Source: an uncultured Candidatus Saccharibacteria bacterium
GTDB lineage: Bacteria; Patescibacteriota; UBA1384; XYA2-FULL-43-10; 1-14-0-10-43-13
Reading direction: 5' to 3'
Assembly: GCA_964543385.1 (NCBI GenBank)
Contig: CAZIYE010000001.1
Coordinates: forward strand, 180,001 to 212,000
DNA: 32,000 nucleotides
Part shown: one piece after another, positions 16,667 through 24,392 of the stretch
Layout of the letters: every line of letters begins with the position of its first letter
How positions within the stretch are numbered: the first letter of the stretch is position 1
Translations under genes and position numbers: made by a program
Notes under the pieces: model-generated
What the model saw: only the letters and a program-made list of their open reading frames with translations
Told to the model about the DNA's origin: nothing
The model's database searches: none

Positions 16667-19183
16667 TTAATTGTTGATAACGGCTTGGAAAATCTCATCA
16701 ACAGTAGTCTGGCCTGCAAAAGCTTTAATAATTCCATCTTGTTTCATAGTTATCATCCCCTCTTTAATAGCAGTTTCTTTTATTTCATTTGCTGGCCTTT
16801 TGGCAATCGCCAATTCCTCGATAGCCGGCGTAATTGTCATCACCTCATAAATACCAACTCGACCTTTGAATCCTTGATTGCATTCAGAGCAACCTTTGCC
16901 ATGATAAAGTTTTAATTCTGCTGGAATGCGTTCTTTGTCTTTAATATTATTAGCCGGTATTTTTGCCATCTCTGCCATCAGTTCATCCATAAGTTTTTGC
17001 GGTACCTTTATTTCCTCACGACATTTGGGACAAATTCGTCTCACCAATCTCTGTGCTATTACTAGATTTATAGCAGAAGTAATAAGAAATGGTTCAACAC
17101 CCATGTTAATGAGTCTAGGCAATGCACCAGCGGTATCGTTTGTATGCAGCGTAGACAGAACTAAATGACCAGTAAGTGCGGCATGTGTCGACATAGCAGC
17201 GGTTTCCGCATCACGTATTTCACCGACCATGATAACATTTGGATCCTGACGAAGGATACTACGTAAACCAGAAGCAAAGGTAAAGCCAATCTCTGGTTTG
17301 ATCTGACATTGATTTATGCCAGCAATTTCATACTCCACGGGGTCCTCAAGAGTAACAATATTGACGCCAGGCACACTAATTCTGCTCAAAACCGCGTACA
17401 ATGTAGTAGATTTACCAGAACCAGTAGGACCTGTGGAAAGTATTATCCCGTAAGGTTTCTCAATCGCTGCGTTGGTCTCTTCAAACGCGCTACCTTGCAT
17501 TCCCAAATCTTCCAAAGATAATATACCTTTACTTTTGTCCAAAACTCTCATAACAACTTTTTCGCCATGTACAGTAGGCAATGTAGATACACGAACATCG
17601 ACTTGATGGTTTTTAAACTCAACATCGAAACGACCATCTTGAGGAATACGACTTTCATCAATTTTTAGCTTTGACAATATTTTAATACGACTCACAAAAG
17701 GAGGATGAAATTTCAACGGAGCCTTAACGGCATCTTTTAAGATACCGTCTACTCTGCAGCGAATTCTTAGGGATTTATTTTCTGGTTCTACGTGAATGTC
17801 TGAGGCTTTTTTCATCAAAGCAAAGTTTATAACTGCCGCAACGATCTTGGGAATGGAGCCCTCTTTGACTATTTCGTCTAACATTTTCTCATCAAGAATA
17901 TCTTCTTTTATAAGCGAACCGAGATTGTTTTCGCTAGATTCCTGGTCAACGGGCTCTGGCTCGACATCTTCTATTGCAGTAGGTGTTTGTGGTCCGTTTT
18001 CTAATGCTGCCCCAGCTACGCTTGTAGCTTCATTTGACTTATCCTGTTTTACCTTTAAATCATTCGCTACCACTTCTTGTTGCTCTGACTTATTATCTAT
18101 AGCGTTCTGTTCTTCTTTATCCAGTTGCACTTCGTCCGTATCGTGTTTATCATTCTCAGGTAATTCTTCAGAGGAGGCAATCTCATCCATTGTAAATTCT
18201 GGACCACTTTCAGAGACTAAACTATCAAGTAAACCTCTGATAGCACTTTTGGAATCAGATTTCTCTTTGTTGATGTTTTGGCTATTTACCGCCGGGATAT
18301 TTGCGCCTGCAACACCATCCATATTTTTTATCGCCTGATCATCACCCTGATCACTTTTTGTATCAATAGTAACATTATTGTTAATAATATTTTTTTTAGG
18401 GGAGCTATTTCCACCGATCCTTGCAAGAACATATTCAATATCATCACGGGAGGTAGCAAACTTTTCGATGTTTACCCCATTTTCCTTTTTGATGAAATCC
18501 AAAATCTTCATGGTAATAGGTGAGTCTGGTTGTTCGCACGCGATAAGATAATGACCACGCTTATTTTGATCAAAAACAACAAGTCGATATTTTGCAACAA
18601 AATCTTTCGGAAATTTTTTTAGAAATCCCTCTTGAATCGGCTGATTTCTAAGATAAACGATAGGCAAACTACCTTTTTTCATCAAAAGAGAATTCTTGTC
18701 ATTCTGCCTGTATTGCTTGATTACTTCTATAAAATCAGTTTCGCCGGTTACAAAAAGTTCAACCTCTAATTTTCTTTTTTCAAAAAGATCCCTAAGGCCA
18801 CCCTGAAAACCAGTCAGAATGTCAGCTGGTTTTGAGATCGCAATCCGAATCATCCCCTCATCTAAGCCAAAAGCTATAATTCCAAATCTCCTAGCGATCT
18901 TTTCCGTTATTATGACCTTTAGCTCGTCAGGAACACGTACGTTTCTGAGCTCAACATATGGTAACTTCAAAATTATACTATAAGCCTTATTGATTGTATC
19001 TCTAGTAACAATACGATTTTTACACAAAAAGTCCTCAATCTGGCGGTTGGTTTTCAACTGCTTTTTTAGACGAGCAGCGTCATCTTGGTCGATCAAATCT
19101 TGCAAGACAAAAACATCCAAAATAGACTGATCAAGGAAAGTACTATTAGAAATGTTGTAATAGTTTTGGTTAAGATTAGCCAT
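16667..19183 (-). CDS. pilB: Type IV pilus assembly ATPase PilB (GspE family)
   Basis: Walker A GPTGSGKSTTLYAVL, LEDPVEYEIAGINQCQI, RSILRQDPNVIMVGEIRD, zinc motif CPKC...CSEC; N-terminal GspE_N-like domain. Confidence 0.96.
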   Translation of the reverse strand: MANLNQNYYNISNSTFLDQSILDVFVLQDLIDQDDAARLKKQLKTNRQIEDFLCKNRIVTRDTINKAYSIILKLPYVELRNVRVPDELKVIITEKIARRFGIIAFGLDEGMIRIAISKPADILTGFQGGLRDLFEKRKLEVELFVTGETDFIEVIKQYRQNDKNSLLMKKGSLPIVYLRNQPIQEGFLKKFPKDFVAKYRLVVFDQNKRGHYLIACEQPDSPITMKILDFIKKENGVNIEKFATSRDDIEYVLARIGGNSSPKKNIINNNVTIDTKSDQGDDQAIKNMDGVAGANIPAVNSQNINKEKSDSKSAIRGLLDSLVSESGPEFTMDEIASSEELPENDKHDTDEVQLDKEEQNAIDNKSEQQEVVANDLKVKQDKSNEATSVAGAALENGPQTPTAIEDVEPEPVDQESSENNLGSLIKEDILDEKMLDEIVKEGSIPKIVAAVINFALMKKASDIHVEPENKSLRIRCRVDGILKDAVKAPLKFHPPFVSRIKILSKLKIDESRIPQDGRFDVEFKNHQVDVRVSTLPTVHGEKVVMRVLDKSKGILSLEDLGMQGSAFEETNAAIEKPYGIILSTGPTGSGKSTTLYAVLSRISVPGVNIVTLEDPVEYEIAGINQCQIKPEIGFTFASGLRSILRQDPNVIMVGEIRDAETAAMSTHAALTGHLVLSTLHTNDTAGALPRLINMGVEPFLITSAINLVIAQRLVRRICPKCREEIKVPQKLMDELMAEMAKIPANNIKDKERIPAELKLYHGKGCSECNQGFKGRVGIYEVMTITPAIEELAIAKRPANEIKETAIKEGMITMKQDGIIKAFAGQTTVDEIFQAVINN

Positions 19184-19206
19184 CTATTGGGGACCTAATA
19201 ATTATT

Positions 19207-19479
19207 CTAAATACCAGCAAAAGGATTTTCTCTACCAACGTTTTCGGTAGGGGCACTAATAGGCATCTGAACTAAATTACTTTTTGATTTAATCAGTTCT
19301 TGAGCATTTTGTTTCACACTACCGATCTCCACAGTATTATATTTTTCATCTAGCACAATAGTATCGCTGCTCGATGGTTGAGAAGACTTCCAGAGCAAGA
19401 AAAATCCTGCACATACGACTATTAATAACAGAAGGCTAGCGGTTAAAGCTAGATTCTGTTGCTTGAGTCCCTTTTTCAT
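19207..19479 (-). CDS. Small single-TM protein in the pilus operon (position suggests a PilP-like role, unproven)
   Basis: ORF with TM segment near N-terminus; start overlaps the TGA stop of the upstream gene (ATGA). Confidence 0.7.
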   Translation of the reverse strand: MKKGLKQQNLALTASLLLLIVVCAGFFLLWKSSQPSSSDTIVLDEKYNTVEIGSVKQNAQELIKSKSNLVQMPISAPTENVGRENPFAGI

Positions 19480-20105
19480 AATCCTCCTTCAGTAGTAGAT
19501 AAATCTTCACCTTCTTGGGTAGATGGTAGTATTGCTTCTGAAGACAATGAAGCTACATTGCCCGACCTATAAGCTTCTATCAAGTAAGATGCAGATAACC
19601 CGTTTTCTGCAGATGACAGGGAGATGTTTTTTATATTCATGAATTTTAGATCGTCCTCTAAAGCCTTCGTCATCTTATTTATACTTTCAAAATTACCATC
19701 AACATTAAAAGAGATAGTAATTGAGCTTACGCTATTACTGCCACCAGAGGACCCTTCCTCTGACAACTGAATTCCCGGAACAATAAGATTGTTTACGAAA
19801 GCGATAGCCTCGATCTCAGATATTACATTTGGCTCATCCTTGTCTTTTGGCATGGCAACAAATAACTGATTGACAATAGGGCCTAGATCATCGATATCCT
19901 TCTTAGCTACTCTCAGTGACTCCAGCTTAGTATTTGCAGATACAATTTCTTGCTCTAGTTTCTTTAAATCTAACTTATTTTTCTGATATTCAGGAATAAT
20001 AACCTTCCAGCTATAAAAGAAAGAGGCAAGAACTACTATTACAATCATTGAAATTACATAAAAAGAACTATTGGATCGCTGCATTTTCACCTCCTTGATC
20101 ATCAA
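19476..20105 (-). CDS. PilO-like pilus assembly protein (likely start at 20084, MQRSNSSF)
   Basis: N-terminal TM, coiled-coil LKKLEQEIVSANTKLESL, periplasmic-type domain; genomic position before pilB. Confidence 0.65.
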   Translation of the reverse strand: MMIKEVKMQRSNSSFYVISMIVIVVLASFFYSWKVIIPEYQKNKLDLKKLEQEIVSANTKLESLRVAKKDIDDLGPIVNQLFVAMPKDKDEPNVISEIEAIAFVNNLIVPGIQLSEEGSSGGSNSVSSITISFNVDGNFESINKMTKALEDDLKFMNIKNISLSSAENGLSASYLIEAYRSGNVASLSSEAILPSTQEGEDLSTTEGGL

Positions 20106-20826
20106 AAGCTTCTACATCACTAGTATTAGAATCAGGAGCTTCCAAACTCCCAGATACATCTTCTGAGGCCTGATTATCTGTCTTAGGTTTTTCACTTAAG
20201 CTCTGCGATCGATCGATTACCGCGCTGATGGCATATGACGTTTCAAACTTCTTTGTCTGTTCGTTAACCGCCTGACTAACATTCATCAGCTGAACCTCTT
20301 TCAGGATATTGGCATCGTTTACTTTCCATCCGCGCAAGAGCAGAAGCTGATCTGCAACCGCTCGATACGACGGAGCTTGTCCGTTGAAACTTATTTTTCC
20401 ATCTGTCGAAACAGAAATATTACCTATCTGTATGTTTTGTGCAATTTTTTGATAAAATTTGGGGAGAAACTCACTCACTGTATACCTGCCAGAACTTACG
20501 CTAGACAAGCCAGTAACAGCAGACTTGAAGGTACTAGCTTTCACTTCAATGTCAGCGAGACTCGGGGTTGCAATCTCAGAAATAATTTCAGTTTTCTCCT
20601 GAGATTTATCTTTTATGGCTTGTTTTGCGCTGTTATTTAATAGCCAAAAGAATATAGATCCGGCTATCGCCACAAGAGCAGCCATCCAGCAAATAAATAA
20701 GGCCAGGCCGTAGCCTCTGTTATTTGAGACCTCAAAAGATTCATCAGTAACCTGAGTAGCACTACCAATAGATTGGGCTGCCCCAGGAGGTGGCGCTGTT
20801 TTTTTTGCAAAATTCGCAAAGTTCAT
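20068..20826 (-). CDS. PilN-like pilus assembly protein
   Basis: Single TM then coiled coil and FLPKFYQKIAQNIQIGNISVSTDGKISFNGQAPSYRAVADQLLLLRGW. Confidence 0.6.
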   Translation of the reverse strand: MNFANFAKKTAPPPGAAQSIGSATQVTDESFEVSNNRGYGLALFICWMAALVAIAGSIFFWLLNNSAKQAIKDKSQEKTEIISEIATPSLADIEVKASTFKSAVTGLSSVSSGRYTVSEFLPKFYQKIAQNIQIGNISVSTDGKISFNGQAPSYRAVADQLLLLRGWKVNDANILKEVQLMNVSQAVNEQTKKFETSYAISAVIDRSQSLSEKPKTDNQASEDVSGSLEAPDSNTSDVEAFDDQGGENAAIQ

Positions 20827-20995
20827 TTTCCCTCCAAAATATACTTGTTATTTATAATATAGCTTACTTTACTGCCCACTTACAAGCCCTTAAATATCCA
20901 CCAACTGCGTCATCGTAGGACGATTTCAGATTGTTTCTTTTTGGGATCTTGCAACGACAGCTTCGCTCTAATCCTTACTGCTAACAACTTCTATA

Positions 20996-22444
20996 CTAAT
21001 TTCCAGAATTTCCAACCTCTTTTGGACTTGGAATATTTAAATATCTGAATCCTGGTGGCACTTTATCGCCGGTATTATAATCGTAAAAGAAACGTATATT
21101 ATCCGTACCATTATCAATCGAAAAGTTTTTTGCAACAAAAGCACCTTTCATCTGGATGTTGTCAGCACTATTTAAAGTAAGTAAACTATTCTTGCAAAAT
21201 GTCATTGCTTGTATATTATTATTTCCCTTAAAAGCACAATTACCAGAAGAAGAAACAACTCGTACGGTTGCTCGACTAGTCAAAGGAAGAGGGATAACTG
21301 GGGGATTAGCATCTCTCGTACATTCAAGAATAAAATTTGTAGTCCCATTTATTCCATTGGATGCTTGATTTATAAACAGTTGTCGTCTACCAACAATAGA
21401 CGGCACATTTATAGTAAATGGCCAAACAGCAGCGGCTGGATCGCTTTTTAAATCGCACTTATTTGCACCAGTACTCCAGCCAGTTAGGTAAACTATAGAA
21501 TTCAAGGCCATACCCGCTGTGATGCTGCCAAGATCAATAGTTTCGTTATTACCAGCGATAACAGGGTCAAATCCTGGAATAAGTCCCTGCAATTCAACTT
21601 TTGGAGGGATATTTACTGTTATCTCATCATAATTAGTGGAACTATTATATGAACATGTTAGTCTATAGGTATATGTACCTCCAGACATACGTCCAAGGTC
21701 GTAAGTGCCGTTAATTCCCTTCTGACCGCTACTTGACCAGCCGCCGGAGCCAGTAGGTGTGCAAGTAGTAGTAGCCGAGACTCCTTTTACTGACCACCTC
21801 AATCGAGCAAATTGATCATAGTCTATGTCATTAACCGTCTGTACTGTTGGAGTATAAACGCCATCAGCATCATGTGAAATCGGTATTGGAAAAGCAGAGT
21901 TATCTGAATATTCAATTGACAAATCTATATAGGGTTTTAACTCGATTGGCATACTTTTATGTATAAAAACACCATTCCTCTCCACCATAATTACAGCTCT
22001 GTATACCCCAGCAGTAGCATAAGTGAAAGAGAAAGTATGATTTCTCCATAAACTAGATGTATTAATTGAATGATTATAATCATAGTTTCGAGTACAAATT
22101 GCATTTAGATCAGCAACACTATAAACATTTCCCCCATTGTAAGCCGGAGAACAACTTGACCAAAAATAATAATTAATAACACCTCTCCTACCACGAACAT
22201 TGACGTTGAAATTGACCTTGCCGGCCGGAAATGAAGCACTGTCCCAAATTGCACCACTGACCGGTAGTGCACTTGGAGCAGTTGAATAGTCACTTATTAT
22301 CAGCGAATTAGTAAACAAGCTCGCCCCAACAGCAGAGGTTCTGGCATAACGAAGAGCAAAGAATACTAGCACTATTAATACCAGCGCTGCTAACAACATA
22401 ATTGAGCGATTCATTTTATTGATTTTATCTTCAGGTCTTTTCAT
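20996..22444 (-). CDS. Secreted/surface hypothetical protein
   Basis: N-terminal signal/TM segment, beta-rich Ig/PKD-like regions, paired cysteines; C-terminal FYDYNTGDKVPPGFRYLNIPSPKEV. Confidence 0.75.
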   Translation of the reverse strand: MKRPEDKINKMNRSIMLLAALVLIVLVFFALRYARTSAVGASLFTNSLIISDYSTAPSALPVSGAIWDSASFPAGKVNFNVNVRGRRGVINYYFWSSCSPAYNGGNVYSVADLNAICTRNYDYNHSINTSSLWRNHTFSFTYATAGVYRAVIMVERNGVFIHKSMPIELKPYIDLSIEYSDNSAFPIPISHDADGVYTPTVQTVNDIDYDQFARLRWSVKGVSATTTCTPTGSGGWSSSGQKGINGTYDLGRMSGGTYTYRLTCSYNSSTNYDEITVNIPPKVELQGLIPGFDPVIAGNNETIDLGSITAGMALNSIVYLTGWSTGANKCDLKSDPAAAVWPFTINVPSIVGRRQLFINQASNGINGTTNFILECTRDANPPVIPLPLTSRATVRVVSSSGNCAFKGNNNIQAMTFCKNSLLTLNSADNIQMKGAFVAKNFSIDNGTDNIRFFYDYNTGDKVPPGFRYLNIPSPKEVGNSGN

Positions 22445-22449
22445 ATTTA

Positions 22450-22743
22450 TTATTTCATAGTAGGCACTGGACCTGTTTTAAATTCATAATCGTGACTGCC
22501 ATTGCGTAGCGATTCAGCCATTGCCTTATATCTTTTTGCAGCATAATGACTGGGTGGAAATTTCTTTGCCTTCTGCTCATATATAAATGCTTGCACTTGA
22601 TTATCTAACCAAGGATATTGATTTTTAATCAATGGAATCATATAGAGATTGTAAAGTAAAATAAACAAGCCCAGTAAAAAAACAATTACTGCTAAAACCG
22701 TCCAAACAACTTTTAAACCGCTTCTTCTATTTTCCACAATCAA
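22450..22743 (-). CDS. Small membrane protein, hypothetical
   Basis: Intact 97-aa ORF tightly packed between neighbours, one TM segment. Confidence 0.65.
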   Translation of the reverse strand: MIVENRRSGLKVVWTVLAVIVFLLGLFILLYNLYMIPLIKNQYPWLDNQVQAFIYEQKAKKFPPSHYAAKRYKAMAESLRNGSHDYEFKTGPVPTMK

Positions 22744-22768
22744 CCTCTTCTACTCTATACTAAACATC

Positions 22769-23272
22769 CTAGTGTACATGGCCATTAACAATCCATTCGG
22801 TTACAGTCATGTTGTGTACAGGATCAAGGGCGCCTTCGCCAATATGGTTAGCTGGAGGATTTACGCCCTCATAAAATGCAGTGGTTTTATATCCGCAGTA
22901 ATTTGAGTCAGTAATACTAGTCGAATTATTACCAACAAGGTTAGAGGAGTAATATCTGTCTTCGCCAGGGTACGGGGTAGCAGTAACAGTACAATCACGT
23001 TTCCCGGTTACACCGGCCCAACCATTATTATCAATCCCCTCATCGTCATATAGACCAAATCTATATAATCCAAATATCTCATTAGCAAGCCATTTTTCAG
23101 AATAACTCCCAGGATTGCTGTCCGTACCCGTTTCAGCATCAGCATATGCCCTCAACGCTCTACCTATTCCACCAGTAGCTGCCCAGACACCTCCTGCTAC
23201 CACGAGCATTATTATACCGCTCCAGAAAAACACTTTACTTTTGTACTGAAAATTTTTCATCTTCTCCCTCAC
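22769..23272 (-). CDS. Secreted hypothetical protein
   Basis: N-terminal hydrophobic signal (VFFWSGIIMLVVAGGVWAA), cysteine-containing exported region. Confidence 0.65.
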   Translation of the reverse strand: MREKMKNFQYKSKVFFWSGIIMLVVAGGVWAATGGIGRALRAYADAETGTDSNPGSYSEKWLANEIFGLYRFGLYDDEGIDNNGWAGVTGKRDCTVTATPYPGEDRYYSSNLVGNNSTSITDSNYCGYKTTAFYEGVNPPANHIGEGALDPVHNMTVTEWIVNGHVH

Positions 23273-23310
23273 TTAATATTTTTAATTATTTACAATCCGA
23301 TTATTTTGTC

Positions 23311-23385
23311 TTGTCATCTCGAGCGGCGATAGCCAGTCGAGAGATCTTGTTAGCAAGATTTCTCCGCTTCGGTCGAAATGACATT
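23311..23385. repeat. Dispersed palindromic intergenic repeat
   Basis: TGTCATCTCGA...TCGAAATGACA outer arms (10/11) and GAGAGATCTTG-TTAG-CAAGATTTCTC inner arms (10/11). Resembles the repeat of the GTCATTTCGACCGAAGCGGAGAAATC type seen in many bacterial genomes. Confidence 0.75.
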
Positions 23386-23406
23386 CCACATTCAACGTTT
23401 CGCTTT

Positions 23407-24357
23407 TTAGCTTCCCAACACTATTATACCAAGTTTATCCACTTTTTCGTCGTTTGGCACAATCTTAGTGCCATCGCCAACAACCAGATTACCTTTAATG
23501 ATGATTGTGCCAATACCACGATATATGATAGTTTTTCCTGCTGGTATGGCGACATTGCCATTAATAACCCAAACCCTACCCTCTGGATATTTGGCATTCC
23601 TTGCAGTGGTTGTACTTAAATCATCGATAGTTATATCGGGACCTAATATCTGTAGAAAAAGAGTCGAGGTAGTGCCTGCTGGCTCCAATTTGCTATTGCT
23701 AATAACAGTCCCGCTCTTGACCAATGTCTGTATCTTCTCATCAAACTTGGCATATTCACCATCTGTATCTGCTTCCCAAGAAGATTGACTCTTATTATTT
23801 ATTTGATAGCCATCTAAGGCCCAGGCCGCCCCAGTGTCAGCATCTATTTCACCGGCATTATTTGATTGGGCTAAGCTCTTGCCCCAAAAAGCAAAATTAT
23901 TATAATCCGGCATCACGGCATCGCCAACTATAGTTCTACTATACAAATATATGGCAGGTATCTGGTATTCGGCAATACCATCAACATATGTAGTGCCAGA
24001 CATAGCCCTGACAGCTTGAGTCTGATTAGCCACCGTATATTTATGAATGAAACATGGGAGACTTAAATTACTAATAGAGTCACTTGGTATAGAGTCATAG
24101 CATTTCAATACGCCTTCAGATAGACTTGCGGGATTATGCTCGTAAGACAAAAGGTTAGCTCCTGTATTGTAAATTGCATAATTGCCTGAGGTATTGCCAT
24201 AAACCGTCATATCTATACGCCCATAGACGTCCTCTGTAGTCATTAGCGACTGACCAACCATCACTTGTGGCAAACGATCAGATGCAGCTCTTACGTCAGG
24301 AACTGTAATTGCAAAGACTATCAAGCTCAATAATATATATTTTATTAGATTTATCAT
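23407..24357 (-). CDS. Secreted hypothetical protein, possibly C-terminally shortened
   Basis: Signal peptide KYILLSLIVFAITVPDVRA; C-terminal VWVINGNVAIPAGKTIIYRGIGTIIIKGNLVVGDG...KLGIIVLGS then stop. Confidence 0.75.
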   Translation of the reverse strand: MINLIKYILLSLIVFAITVPDVRAASDRLPQVMVGQSLMTTEDVYGRIDMTVYGNTSGNYAIYNTGANLLSYEHNPASLSEGVLKCYDSIPSDSISNLSLPCFIHKYTVANQTQAVRAMSGTTYVDGIAEYQIPAIYLYSRTIVGDAVMPDYNNFAFWGKSLAQSNNAGEIDADTGAAWALDGYQINNKSQSSWEADTDGEYAKFDEKIQTLVKSGTVISNSKLEPAGTTSTLFLQILGPDITIDDLSTTTARNAKYPEGRVWVINGNVAIPAGKTIIYRGIGTIIIKGNLVVGDGTKIVPNDEKVDKLGIIVLGS

Positions 24358-24392
24358 TTTGTATTAAAAATCATATTATAAAATTACAATTA

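Noticed and set aside
17796-18338. 180-aa + strand ORF antisense to pilB
   Set aside because: It lies opposite the low-complexity acidic linker of PilB, has Ser/Phe-rich composition typical of antisense reading, and no RBS or recognisable domain.
22105-22293. 62-aa minus strand ORF inside the 20996-22444 surface-protein gene, and similar nested ORFs at 5432-5632 and 25124-25348
   Set aside because: Out-of-frame overlaps on the same strand as strongly supported genes, with no independent evidence.
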